From Phoronis australis (lineage: Eukaryota; Animalia; Phoronida), in NCBI GenBank assembly GCA_002633005.1, contig NMRA01000007.1, forward strand, positions 1,908,569 to 1,972,568: 64,000 nucleotides of DNA. The letters are read 5' to 3'. The position numbers and the translations under genes are program-made. Shown here piece after piece: positions 12,042 through 27,000 of this stretch. Position 1 is the stretch's first letter; the number at the start of each line of letters is the position of its first letter. The notes under the pieces are model-generated. The model did not search any database. It was not told where the DNA came from and saw only the letters and a program-made list of their open reading frames with translations.

Positions 12042-15000
12042 CCTCTTTCCTTGCCTCTGGTTGCAGTTGGTTCCTCATTCCTCCAAGAACATTGGACGTT
12101 GCCTCTGAAGCCAAGATCACCGGCTGTAAGAGAGTAGGAGGTATCTGACGCACAACGCCCCCTACAGCCCCACTCATGCCTTTGTAGTCTCCCTCTTCAG
12201 TTGCGGCTCTGATGATGTTCTCAGCTGTGTCTGCCAGTCCCTGATGGAGAAGAAAGATTTACAATAAAGTACACAAATTAATTAATTAGAAATTATGGGA
12301 AAATATTTACAGGTGTTGCCTGTAGTTGAAGTGAAATCAAACTATTTTTCGGAAACAAATGTGTGTATTGTAAGACCAAATTTCTGAATAAAATCTCATG
12401 TCTCTGTTCATGAACCATGCCCCAGAAGTTCTCACAATAAAAATTAGGACCACACGAAAGAAAACTTGACACAGGTCACATTACTTTTAAATTTTATCTG
12501 ACCTTTACTTCAGGTCAAAATTTTAGAAGATTAGATGATTCTTCTCAATACCTGTGGCCAGATGATTCTCACTAATTCAAGTACATCACAATGCAATATC
12601 TGGATATACAAATAAAGAAGATTAATCAGTTGAAAAGACAAAAAGACTACATTCGGAAAGCTGCATTGCTTGCCACACAGCCAGTTTCACCTACACCAAA
12701 ACTTAACTTTCAGTGTAAGTCACATGCATCTCACCTCTTTAACGACATAATAGGCATTAGTGACGCCCTCTCTGAAGTCAGCTGGCTGGATTGACCTCTT
12801 GTGTTTCCTTCTTCTTGCCTTGCTCTTTATACTGGGCCCAGGACTCACCATATCATAAGTAAACTCAGCAGCCACCTACAATGACAGCAGTATCACCCAC
12901 ATTTACCAATAAGAAAAAATCGAAAAATGTTATGTGGTTTCCAGCACCCACTATAACCTTGACATTGCTCTTATGAAAAAGTTAACATTTGCATCTGTAA
13001 AAAAAAATTGTAACTAAGCCCAAGGAGAAATTAAGAAAATAAGCTGTTGTCTAAAGCTCTTACGGATCAAAATTTTCACCTTTTGAGTTCAGTTTTAAAA
13101 ATACTACACTCGAGTGCGAACATAGAATCCATACCGATGACGTACAATTTTCATGTTTTCTGTGGAGCCATATTGAAATCATTATTTTATAAAGAACATC
13201 CTTGCCACTGAGTGACACCTCAGTTAAGAAAACTAAAGGAGGTTTACATATCCAAGTCCAATTTTGTATAGTTATAGCCTAACTGACAGTAGTCAGTTTA
13301 TGTTATCTAAAATCAGACTTCTACCACTGACAACAGTTCAGCCAGTGGATAACCGTCAAACTATATCCACACGGACAAGGGCTAAACTAACTACTGGATG
13401 GCAAATTGACGAATCACTCTTTAAATAATGATGCGATGTGATTGGATGATTTTGGAGTAGAGTCTCAACTAGAGTTCAGATTTTTTGGGAACCAGACGTG
13501 ACAGTACCTGAACAGTCTGGACCAACCTATTGGTTAGTTCCAGCGCGGCCATGGCAGTTGACGTTGTGAAGGAATTAGCTCCCCTCTGCAGGCCGCGGAT
13601 TATCCGCCCGTCCTTCCTGTACTGTTCCACAGGGAGCCAGACCAGGTCTTTGATTCCTTGCACTGAAATAAGGCACTCAATTAGTGACACAAGTCTAGCA
13701 CCAAATAAATAATTGAATACAATCAACTCATGACATAGATTCCTTTACGCTGTAAAACTGGCCAGCCTTCTGTAGAGGACCTTGCAAGAACGCAAGATTT
13801 TGCACTGCATGCCAAGCACGTGACCACAGCAACAGCCCTAGTCTCACTTTCTTTCTTACTAAAGTGGGAAAGAGCTGACAGACTGTTACTGGAGACCAAT
13901 CTTGACAAGCCAACTTAATGAGTTTGATCACAAGGAATAACGAATTGCCAGTTGGCTTTGTAGCCCTGAAATCACCTCTAATTTGAGTACGGAATAAGTC
14001 AAGATCTCCTTTATAATGGGGAGTCCTGAAAATCAAAATTACAATTATGTAACGCGGGTTTATACCTTATTAATACTGTTGTAATATGCTCATGGACAGA
14101 ACAATCAGGAAAGACATGGTTGTCTAAAAAGCCATCATCAACCTCGCACAGCAAAACAATGAACCAAAAATGACTGACACGTTAAGCTCCACCCTTTATT
14201 CAAACAGGGAAGACAATCAAAGAGTAAACACAAAGGGGGTTCTATGGGAGTTGCGCTGTGTTTGGGTATCAGATCCTTGCTATACCAAATCAGTTCTCAT
14301 AATGACACAGCCTGTCTTATATTTTGATGAAACGAGATAGAGATAGTAGAAATGGCAAAACATGTCTCAAATTCAACACTGTCTGCGGAGTTCTTACTAC
14401 GGCTACACAATGTACAGTCGATTCCCACCATTTTTTTTTCAAATGCTTTCAAGATCCTACTGAGACCCAGTTTTTTCAAATGCTGTCGATATCCTACTGA
14501 GACCCATCCTGATACGACCGGGCCCTTACAGTTCCCAGGCTGGTGCGAAAAGACGGTCAGCCATGTAAAATCAATAACCATTTGTGCACAGTTCTACAAT
14601 ATTGTGTTCACTCATTACAACAACTCCATTCAAGACATGATATAATCTAAAAGCATTTCTGTTCAGGGGAACTAAACTGGAAAATACTTAGTTACCCAGC
14701 TGAACAAGAGAGTGCATTGGTCCCACCCCTCCGAGTATGGTGGGAAGCTGTGACCTTTTGATGTCTTGCAACCATTCATTAAGGGCAAAGGTCACGACCT
14801 TATCCATTCCCAGTAAGCCATGTCTGTGATGGAACCGCTTCAGTTTCAACTCTGAGGAGTTGAGCTGAGCCAGCCCAACAATAAGCCCTGTCAATGTGCC
14901 CTGCAATGAAAACCGCAAAAATTAAAATGCTAGCAGAGAGCAACTAGTGATGTGACGTAATTTTCAATTAATCCAGACATTGTTTTGTTTATTGCTGCTG

Positions 15001-18000
15001 AAGCTAATTTCTAGAACTAACAGTAAAGCAGTTTTGTTTTTTGTTTAAGAAACACGCAACATGCTTTGAAGTATTCCAAAAACATCCAGGAAACAAATGA
15101 CTGCTGGTATTCCAGCCAACAATTTTCAATTTTGAGAAATACGTTATGAAGACATCCCCATAATAAATGACACTTTTGTTTGATTTTGACAAAATCTGGC
15201 TGCTGAAGGTCCTTGCTAACACAGACCCTCTATGAAACAGTTAGATCTCTTCATTAGACAATTCTATTGAAACACCCTTAAAAGGACAAAACATTTGAGA
15301 AACCGTAGTATCGCTCACTTTAAAGACACCAGTAATCCTCATGTAATGGAACAACCCAGCTTAGACAAAAAGGCATGACATCAAAACACCACTATACAAC
15401 CGGTTATGTGTCGGCTGTAGCAACTAACCACTTCTGAATAGAATGGCACAGGTTTAATACTGGCCTAGTTGGTCTCCCAGCAGCCAAGAGGATATCTGAG
15501 GTTCTATCATGAGCTAGGGCACTACGAACCTGCTCCATATCAACATGTTTTCCCTTATAGTCCAGCTTGATAGGTACATCAGGCGAGAATACAAATGATT
15601 TGACAAAGACTGGTGATGCCTGAGCCTCTTCCTCAACACTCCCTTCGAATGTGTCAGAATCTTCCGTGTTGGAGTCGGACAATTCATCGAATTTAATCAG
15701 CTCCAAAGCCATGATCTCCTGCTCTTCTTCTATAGGCGAGCCGACCTTCATCACCGGCTGAGTCTCCAGGTTGTTGGAACTGGAGTTGGGAGTAGGTCTA
15801 CCTGAGGCCTGAGAGGTGTCACCACTGTGCGAGGCAGTAGAGGTAACGAAGAATTTTTTCAGGAAGAAAAGAGCATCCTGCAATAAAAGTTAAAAGATGA
15901 ATCTATTCACACGAACATTAAAAACAAGAGATTTATTATGTGAAACAATGTAAAAAATGACATAAAATCAAACAACTTGTCCTCCAAAATAATTTTCATG
16001 ACAACTAGCTTGCAACATATCTCAAATGAGCTTTAGAACAAACAGAAGTATCACTAATTTAAAATTTCTTATTTCACAAAGAGGAATTAGTATTAGCTTA
16101 AATTAATCATAGAGCCTTTTCTGCTGCAGTTATGAGCCTGTCAGGAACCATATTCAAATCTGTGTCTGAAACAGTTACATAAGTCGTAATCAGGCACAAC
16201 AGTGGTCAGAAGTTAGCTGCACAAAGCCTAAGTAAAATCACATGAAATGACAATACTACACTTATGTTTAGTGATGATGTGTCTGCCACTGTTATTACGG
16301 TATATGGACCTGCAGAAAGGAACAGAAATGCAGTCACATTACATTTTCAAAAAAATTACAGGTCTTGGATTTTTTCTACAATCATTCAGATCCATGAGAG
16401 CATTTTAGCACTTGAAACTTTTACAAAAATTATGGGTATGGATGGATTAATCGGCATGCACTGACTATGGTTGCACTCGATGTATGTTCCAAGGGAGGTA
16501 AGAAGAATTAAGATTAACCAGTCTATAACCCAGTAATAATTTTCAAAGAGCTTAGTAATTTACAGCGCAACATAAATATGGCCTACTTATTATCATGAAA
16601 GTTTATTGTTTTTAATTTGGGCACTTTTTTGGCTGGGACCAAAACATCAAAATGACATTATACTACACAACCAAATATATTGCTCCCCTCTTGTGGTATC
16701 AAGTGTTGTACCTGGTCAACATTAAATCTCAGTGGAAGAATGGAGACTTTGAGGGAGCACTCCTGCTGTTGAGGTCTTCGCCTGTCGGGACGTACATGGA
16801 GAGCCTTTACAACAACCTAGGATTGAAACATGAACATTTATTACATGGGTGGCAGATCTTAGATTTCGGGAGGGAGCGCCCAATCACAGTTTCGAAATAA
16901 AAATGTCCACGAGAGTCCTAAAAATGACATGTCAACATTTTTTATCATGGCTGGAGGGTATAGGCCCCTGCCTCCAAATCTGCTTAATGTGTTCATACCA
17001 TAATATATCACANNNNNNNNNNNNNNNNNNNNNNNNNNNNNNNNNNNNNNNNNNNNNNNNNNNNNNNNNNNNNNNNNNNNNNNNNNNNNNNNNNNNNNNN
17101 NNNNNNNNNNNNNNNNNNNNNNNNNNNNNNNNNNNNNNNNNNNNNNNNNNNNNNNNNNNNNNNNNNNNNNNNNNNNNNNNNNNNNNNNNNNNNNNNNNNN
17201 NNNNNNNNNNNNNNNNNNNNNNNNNNNNNNNNNTGACAATCCTTCCAGTACAGTAAAGTTGTTACAAAACAGGATGACATATCATTGACAATCCTTCCAG
17301 TACAGTAAAGTTGTTACAAAACAGGATGCAATATCACTGACAATCCTTCCAGTACAGTAAAGTTTCTTCAAACTAGAACAATAAGGCAGAACAGTGAAAC
17401 GAGTAAACAAGAAGAAAATTTCATTATTTGAAAACTTTTTGTAGAAGGCTGTTGTCAACAAACTCATGGCAAAACTTCAAACATTTCTGGCAATGCAGTG
17501 AAAATTTGAAAGTTTAAAAAATGTCAATTTCTGCCATAATTATTTTTGTTCAAATTTGAGGAAACTTTACTGTAACCAAGTGCCCATTCCAGTACATGCT
17601 AAATAAGACAACTGAAGCTTTGCTGACTTCTAGTGGATAAAACCTCCACCTTCGTCAGGATAGCAAACTGACAGACACGCCACCTGCCACCCTGATTGTG
17701 AATAAGTCATGAAATACCTCCATGAAACTGTTGCATTATCTTCTGCCCTGTATTCCTGTTAATTCTCAACTCTGGTCTTCAACAATTTCACATTTTAGCA
17801 TGTTTTGTTGGACTCAACTTAATACTCACATGATAGTTGAGTTTCTCAGTTTGAATGCCCTCGATAAAATTACATGAAGATATGGTATGATTTTTAAATA
17901 TACTATAAATACTCTTTTTGATCATGTAATTAAATCATACATCATGGACAACAGATTCGCAACTCTGATTTTTTCCTATGAAATTCTCAGATGTGGCACC

Positions 18001-21000
18001 ACTTTCTTCCATCCAATGCCCATCTCAACTTCTGCTTAATGAGCAGATGAAGTACTTGGCGGAAATAAAATGGGCCGTCACTCAAGGTGCCACTAGTGAA
18101 TAGTAACATCACGTACAAATAAAGTGAAACAGACCTTGTGCATTAAGAGTATGATGCCGAGAGTCAGTGGTCTATTAAATAAAACAGTCACACACACACA
18201 CAGTCACACACACACAGTCACACACACACACACACAAGCACACATTATATGTACACACCATGTTGGCATGAGTCTGCTTCGGCATCTTTTCCGAGGTGTA
18301 CTCGTACAAGAACTTGTTAATCTGTGACAAGGCCATTCTGTCCCAAATCTCCACGTCATTAATGATTAAGACCTGCCGAGAGGCCTGCTCAGTTGTTTCA
18401 GGATAGCTCTCTTGCAGCAGTCGCACCTACAGATGAAATGTTCAAATGTAAACCTCTCCCAAAATACATGGCACTTTTTACAATTTTGAAGCAGAAAAAT
18501 ACACACAGATTTTCAATGATCATCACAACCATTCTTAAGTAGTTAATATCATGAATTTTAGGATACTTTGGCAATGAAATCATTTTTTCTTCACAGAAGA
18601 CAAATCAGTCCTTTAAATCACCAGGACTGTGCTTCATTGACTTAATACATTAGCCATACACATGAGGTGAAAAATCTTCCTTTATGCAACAGAAACAATC
18701 AATTCCATCCCATGAATTCAATCCCATAATTCAATACTCCAACCTCACCCACTAATCAGTTCAGTGGCTGCCATTTTGGTAGGTTACCCTAGTAAGGCCC
18801 CAAAAATACTCGCGAAACACCAGCCACTCACTTGCACAATTTTGCGTGATCTCACTTTCCTTGCAAGAAACTTGGTCTACGGAACGCTACACTGGTATTG
18901 GGAAAAAGGATGTGTCATGGATCTCAACCCCAAGATGTGTATGTATCACTTTTCACTTGGGATAAAAGGTCTACTTGATTTAAGGATCAACTGCCACAAC
19001 AGCGCCCCAGTTGATGATTTACCTTAGACAGGTGCAGTTCCATACAGTTATCCATCTCTCTGGCAGGACCTCCCTTCTCCAGCCAACTCTTGGCTACCCA
19101 CTGATCTTTTAATGTACCTTTATGGTGCCTCGCTGATGGACTGTCCGCATACCTGGAGTCTTGAAAAGAAGAAAACTATATCCCAAAGGTCATCTCTGAA
19201 GTTAGAGCACAACTATTTGTAAAGTGTTGAGAGTTTGATTTAATTTTCCTATCATTGCAAAACAATAGAAAATTGAGAACAACCATCAAACCCCACTTAT
19301 CGCTAAGACCAAGGTACAACAAAGAACCTTCCTAGTGGCAATGAACAGAGTAGACGAGATGACGGATCATCATCAAAACGCTTTCTATAGTAGTCTTTAT
19401 TCTAGCTGTGGGTATGGTTTAAACTTTGTTTCTATGTGCAGCAGCTTAGCTTTCATAGACAATATGGCCTCTTGTTCAATGCAATCATAGCCACAGCCAT
19501 AGCCATAGCCACAGCCATAGCCACAGCCAGCCACAGCCATAGCCTTACCCACAGCCAAAGCCATTGTTATTATTACTGTCATTGTTATTACTACTATTAG
19601 AAAGTAAGTTTAGTGCTGGTCAATATGTTTGCATGAAAGTCAAAGCACACAATGAAAAATAAGAAACCAAGAAGATTGAAGTATTCGCAATTATGTAACG
19701 TAGGCATATTACAGAATTAAAGTTTGATTGATTGCTTGATTACATAATTGCAGTAAAATCTCACCAATTTAGGACACAACACGGTGTGCAATTGAAATGT
19801 TATTTTCTTATTTTTCCAAGATATATGTACCACCAAATTAATGCTTTATCATGCTCAAGCTCTGTATCACAGCTACCACCAGGCAAAATAAGATATTTCA
19901 AAAAACTGCGGGCATTCACGACAGAGTAAAAAGCCTTTGAAAACATGAAAAAGGGCAATTTTGGCAATTATTTTTGTCTGAAATTGGTGAGATTTCAGAA
20001 AATAAGTCGCATATTACAGTACAATCCAGCCTACCTGAGCATTTTTTGTCCTTCGCGGGTGAGAAATCAGAACCAGCGTACATATACCATGCGAGATTCA
20101 TTTCCTTCAGGACATAGCGACTGATGGGAATGGGAAAGTGCTCTGGAGCCTGCAACAGGTCAGTTGGGCCCTGTGGCAGCTTGAAGTGGTTTTCTATTAG
20201 CCTAAGGGACTCGCTGTCCAGAAAACGGATCTTTGGCTCCCCATCCTTGGGCTACAAAGAATTGAGAGACAGTGATTTCACTGTGATTTTATTATTACAA
20301 AGGCATGCAACATTGTATCAAAATGCAGAAAATGTCAACTTTAAACTGGAATAAATTTGATTTGATTGATCTGATTGACAACAAGGATGTACCGTTGTTA
20401 ATACATTTGAGGATGGCATGAAAGTGACCAGTTCACTTTACTAACAAAACTATGCTATATAAAAGTATTTGGAACAAAAACATAGTTGGGTGAACAGATA
20501 AATGGCTGATTTGTTTTCCAGTAAATAGCATTTAATGGGAAATTACATATTTTTGGCAAAAGTTATGGACTTGCGAGAAAACTTGATGTCATTTTGTGGA
20601 AAACTTAAATAGTTGAAACTTATGGATTCTTGGTACAGGAAGTTGACATCACAATAATACATTGCTCATCTTTACTATGTTTGTCTGTTGTAAAATTGTC
20701 AGTTTTTGTCAGCTATATAATTATAATTTCATGACTTGTGGTTAATTCTTATGGACCACAGGATTACTTTTTTTGCCATTATATTCAGAATCCAGTTATA
20801 GATGGCTTCAATTGGCTCGATTGAGTCACGCTTGGGATGAAACATGGATGTTTCGGTTGATGACACTCTGAAACACTCACTCTGTATACTTTTCTCAGGA
20901 GTTTGTTACCGACAACAGTCCCCTTCTGCCTGAGCATTGTGTTAGTGGGAGATTTGGTGCCGCAGCTGTAGCAGACTGGTTCACAAAAAAAATCACCACT

Positions 21001-24000
21001 TTCTGAGGAAAAATAGGTAATGGTTGGATGTAACATGCCCGCATTTTGAGAACCAGTTTTCTACACTGAATAACAGGCATCAATCTGGTTCTCAAAAAAT
21101 GGGCACGTTTTATCCGACTATTGCCAAAAATGAGCTATGGAGGACACAGCTACTGAAAGAGCACATTGGTGTATTGCCATTAAAACCATAAGGTAAATGT
21201 GTGCTCACAAAGGTAACTGGAGAGTGACAAATGTGTTTTGGTCGCCAAAGACTGTGACTCAAGCTCGCCTGGTTATAAGGCCACTTAATGCATTCTAACA
21301 ATAATGACAAAGAAATCACACAGAAGCTCCTTAAATTGTAAGCAACATTGTCATTAGCAAGAACAGACAATCAACTTGTTTAACGAGTGATACAAATGAA
21401 AAGTTAACTGAGAGCAAACACAGTGATGAATTGTGACGTCAGTTGCCAGTTTAGGGAACGCTGTTTGAATTTTTTTACAAATATTATTTTTTCTTTAATA
21501 ACTTAAAGCAATTTTGAGTTCCAGCAATTGGCTAAACATCAAAAAACATGAAATTTTCCTTTAAGCAATTTGGCTCAAACAAGTGAATTCACAAGGTATT
21601 AAAAATAGATTTCAGAATTAATATTAAGTTTCACATAATTTACAAATCCTTTGAAGTATTTTTGAAAACGATTCAGAAGACAATTCACATCAAGACAGAA
21701 TGACTTTTCGCAAATAAGATTTCACCATGCACGCATAGCTCATCCATTCACAGAAAATTACATTTCAGGAAAACAAAGAATCTCACCATAACGCTATTAT
21801 GATTGTGAAGCAAACTTGGGGGCTTCAGGGAGTATACGATGGACACACTATTATCAATGGTCCTGTTTCTGTCCACAAAAAGGGTGGAAAATGAAATCAA
21901 ACGTCTTAATTGTTCAGGTTACTCCTATCGTAATGCTGTCAGATTAAAGTCCAATAAAGAGTAATCACGCAGAAAGACTTGAGGTTTTCAGACGGTCCAC
22001 AGTTGCCCACCTACCAACTCCGGACGGACCATTAAGACAATGTAATGTTGTGCACCCAAGACAACTAACTACTAAACATAAGATGGAGAATCACACAACT
22101 TACAATGATTCCTAGACCAGGGTCATCAACAAAGCAGAAATCACTGCCCAAGCTGCTGTCAGAGCTGTTGGGGTGGTCACCAGTATCTGTACTGTCCTCT
22201 GCGTCACTCAGTGACTTTGTCTGCATTGCCTCAGTCTCATCGGGGAAGAAGAATACCTTGGCACCTTGCTCAATACCTGTGTCTGAATCTTGAAATGTGA
22301 TGATTCAAATGTTAATATAAGTGTTAAATATAAACTGTTTTTTTTTACTTTAACCTAATAGCAGGTAAATACTTTTGAAGTTCAATTAGAGTATGCAACT
22401 TTGAAATGCGATGACCATTTGGGAAATCAATATACAAAATGCATAGCATATGACAAAAACCTTACTATCCTCCTTGCACAGAGCCATCCGTCAATAGCAC
22501 CGCTTAAAATATGGCCTTGAACAAATGGGTAGTATTTCAACACAGCAACACTGTGTTCTGTAATCTAGGCCAGTTTATGGCAAGTTTGATGAGATCACGC
22601 AACTTTTCATGTGATATCACCCCGCAGTACAAGCAAAACATGTAATCTCACAGCATTCACCTGTATTTTGAGTTACAGAATAGGTGCATGTGTCACCTGT
22701 GCCATTGTGACACAGTTGTTATGAGGTCTTTTAAACGCTTCGTTAAATCAAAACACACTAACGTAATAAGGTCTAATGTATAATATGTATATCGTGATTA
22801 CAAAACCCACCCACCACTATCTTGTTGATCAGTACATGGAGGGTCGTAATGGTCCAGAAATGTATACCAAAGACTTGAGCAGGATGTTTCCAAAAAATAA
22901 AACTTAAAGGGATACCAAACACGGTTTTGGCCTACTAACAAATATTAACGATGACTTTCCCATCCAGCTCTTTAAAAACAAAATCATGCTCTGTAAACTT
23001 CGACAACCCACAAACGTTTGAAGCAAATTTTGAAAACTCAATACGTTTAGGCGACTTATGCAACTGCAGATAAAAGTCACCTACAAAGAACCTTAATATC
23101 CATTTTGTGGCGCAGTGAGTTTGGGTTTGTAGTTGAATCCTGCATGTATCACTCAAATGAGAAGCAGTGTTGCATTAGCAGGGGACCAAATGAGAGATTG
23201 TAGAAAACAGCAAAACAGGGTTTACCATCCTTTTAACATTTCACTTCCAAATTAAACAAGTAGATTGTGAAAGCTATGACATTATAACGACTGAGTAACT
23301 GCACTGTAATTGTTTATGAGAACCAGAAGCAAACACTCACTTGGTTTAGTCTTAAGAAACTACAGATTAAAAGGAGACTCTGGATTTTTGCAACTCCGAA
23401 GATTACTGACTTGACAAACCTGTACTGTTCTGCAACTTTGATTCAGACATGGCCTCCGCCATCATCGTATTCACGTGGTCTGACTGAGACTGTGTCAGTG
23501 GACTATCTGTGTCATCCTATCAACACAAGACAAGTTTAGAAACATTATTTATCAAAACTATTAACCTTGAATTTATGTCAGAATAAACAAAACGGGATTG
23601 TTCATTATTCTCCTTTTGAAGTGAATCAAATTACAAAAAATAACAATGCATGCTTGGTTTATTCTGTAAAGTTGTCATGATACAATTATGATTAGTAAGA
23701 GCAATACAATTGGCCAACACGGAATTGTTTTGGAGCAACATAATTGAACATTAAATGCAACAGAATAGTAGCAACCATTGTCAATTTTCAATTTTTCTAA
23801 AGCTTTAAGCCTACCTGGAATGGTCCCACATGTGAATTTGGAAGCTAAAATAAATTTTTAGCATCACTCTAAGCTCACCAATGCCACAAATTGCCAAATG
23901 AAAAGAACAGATAGGGTTATTGTTTTACATTTGTATACATCAATACAAGAATCCTTATACCGTGTTCTAATCAGACCCCTATTCAATACATAGTTAACTT

Positions 24001-27000
24001 CTTTCATTTGATAAAATCTGGCATGAAAAAGATACTTACATATCATTTTATAAACCTACAGTACATGCCAAAAGTATCCAAACAAAATGACTCGCAATTT
24101 CCCGCCATGACAGCCGAGTGGAAGCTGGATTCATCCTATGAATAGTCTCCCCTGATGACCGAGAAGGGGAATTAACAGGAAAGATAAAAAGGTGGCCAAG
24201 TCATTCTGTGATTAGAACTTTATTACATAGTCATTACCTGTCATTTTTGCTGTAAACATGATTACCCATAACGATGGGGAAACGGTATTTTGTCTGAATA
24301 CTTTTGTCATGTACTGTACGTGTTTGAATAATTAAATCGTGTTTCTTACATTTCTAAAGTATTGGTGGGACTACCAGGGTACATAAGTGAGAAATTTGAC
24401 AAAACGAAATCCACTTTTCTTCCAAATTATGCCCTAAACAGAAGACCTTTTACCATCCATGTAAATACACAAAACGTACCGAGAGTGGCGCACATGAAGT
24501 AATATCCCACAAGACATTATTCCGCGTATCGACCGAGACCGAAGGTCGAGGTTGATATGCAGAATAAGGGTGATTATGAAGAATTACATAATAACGCCTA
24601 CCAATGACGTGACTGAAGCAACAGGTGTGGGATCTTGTGATGGCGACGGTGTCTCCACCTTGTCAAGATCACCATCATTTGCGAAGTAAACAATGATCTC
24701 CTGCAGAGCTTTGAATGAGTCTGAACATGTGCGAACATTGACGCCATTTGTCGTAGCTTTCAGGTCTGTCTTTGGTGAGCGCTGAAAACAAAATGCAGGT
24801 TAAAATGACTCAAAAGTATGCATAATTACAAGTATAGGAGAACTTGTCATGTCAGTATGCTGCCTGCTTCAAAATATAAACATAATATTTATCTAAAATA
24901 GCAAGTGTGCAGTTAAATGTACTATAAGTTTGTAATTGCAAACATTTTTAAGTGTTGTCAGCCAGTCACCTGTTGGCCACATCACGTGTCCTACCCAAAC
25001 CGGGACTCGAACCCGTGACCTTCTGCTAACTGTGCAGATGGTCTAGTCCACTTGCAATTAGAGAAGAGTTTAGTATAATAAGTACTATGAACAAACTGGG
25101 GTTGTTATTATTTACTCACTTATTATCATTATCATCAATATTATACATCCTCACAACAAATGTCAACAGAATGAAATTTGGAAATTGTTTTACATGTAAC
25201 TTTAACAATCGTATATTAAAATCACAACTTAAGGCTCAAGAAAATAACTACATTTACTTGATGTTAACAGTCAGCACATCACCAAATACGGAAATTTTAA
25301 CCTCACAATAAAAATCCAGAGACACTATACTATGCAGTGGTGTTTACCCTACACCTTCACACAATGCATGTGAAATAATGCGACTATCAGCGCTGAAAAT
25401 TAATAACTTCTGCCATAGATGAAGACCCCAAATTGCGACCCATGATGCAAGAATACAGCCAGGGTGTAATCACTGATGATATACTACAAAACTCACCAAG
25501 TCTTTGCTGTCATTACTTCTTAAGCTCAGTTCAAAGGAGCCCATTTGTAGAACACAAACATAGTCTGAAATACATGAAAGCTAAATAAGAAAAACTGCGC
25601 ATAGCCCTGTCTTCGACAACACTAGCATCTCACAGGATACCGTTCACCAAAAGGACAATACTCTGTGAAAACAAATATTTACATCAATTCCTACGTGTCA
25701 TAGCTAAACCGCTCCCATGCATTCTTATCCAACACTCCACAACCAAATTCTGACAAAACAGACAAAACAGACGAATCACAATGAAGCAAATTACTGTACT
25801 GGTCCAGCTTTGAGTACTTCCTCAATAGATTTGTACACAGATCACAGTAGACAGAACCCTTCAATATCAGGAACACTGATCTAGTTTCTTCTGTGTGAAG
25901 AAGGGCAGTTACTGCATTAGCGATAACTTCAGGGCAATAAAAATACTGGCTGAAGTACATTAAACTACCGTGGACTCAAACTGGAGTTGAAAATGTCCAG
26001 GTTTTCGTAAAAGAGCCAGAGTGTATTTGAGAATGGTGTTCTCACGAGAATTTGAACTCCAAAAACATAAACAACTCTCTTATCTTTGGGTACAGAACAG
26101 TTAGTTTTCATGGAACCTTACCATATTCAAGCAGGATTATAAGCACTTTTTTGCAGAAGGACACGTGAAATGGCTCTTTCGAGTTATGCACATTCTAATA
26201 TAACAGTTTTGCAAAAAAATGGAGCAAATATGGCCCTTCAGAAAAATGTTCATCCCTGACTTCTCCAAGATTTCGTTAGTAATTGGATTAATGCCCAACC
26301 CTTTGATTCTCTCAACATAAGTGTCTTGGGCCGTAACCTGGACAAGTTTGGTATTACTTAAACACATATTGAAGAAAAAGTCACAAACCTTCCTCGAGGT
26401 TGGCAGTTTTCTTGTGAATCTTGTCGGATAAAAACAAAGCAGCATTGTCAACGATGAACCTAATGTAGAAAACAAAAAACCCTGACAGAGTTTCAAACAA
26501 GCCCACAGTCAAAAAATTACATGTGCTTCAATGACAGTCACGTCCTAGCAATTCGTAACAGCAAGGGAGAAATTGATAAACACCTGTGGTCAAGCTCGTT
26601 CTAGGCACTAAACCTATCACAATGCTTTTCCTATACAATAAGTATATAAGACAACATCAAACAGGTTTGTATATTGTTGGGGTGTAGTTATTGACAAACA
26701 CAACACATATTCATAAATTAAAAAGGCATGTTTCCTTCCCTAAAACTAGTGGACTAAACATTTAAATTATGAAATGGGCAGGTAATCAGGCACAAACTGA
26801 TCTCAACTTGTGATGCTAGAGATTTGTTTCTACACGATTCACACAAAACATTGATAATTCTTTGACACTCTATATCATAAAAATCGAGTCCTCCATCAAG
26901 GTATGCCTGTGGGAAGGTTTAAGGCGTGGTCTGTAAGGTTCAATAAACTGGCTTATAATTTTGATTTTTTAAGCTGTGAGTATGAATGACCTGTTAAGCT

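Noticed and set aside
11793-12148. Three overlapping plus-strand ORFs with repeated STSSHFKSSSVHFLSFQVFQ
   Set aside because: Products of the 31-bp repeat read antisense to the ATG2 last exon.
16849-17280. ORFs spanning the N run
   Set aside because: Artefacts of the assembly gap.
19397-19582. Gly/Tyr/Cys-rich peptide (GCGYGCGYGYG) resembling shell or keratin-associated proteins
   Set aside because: Translation of an AYAGCC hexamer repeat in an intron, with no convincing gene structure.
25691-25960. Similar short ORFs here and at 56824-57078 suggesting a duplicated small gene
   Set aside because: The similarity reflects a dispersed repeat. The starts and stops are not shared and no domain is recognisable.
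26800-26910. Open stretch after a cag acceptor as a possible ATG2 exon
   Set aside because: The frame required by the phase-2 upstream exon hits a stop. Exon 26389-26459 provides the expected sequence.
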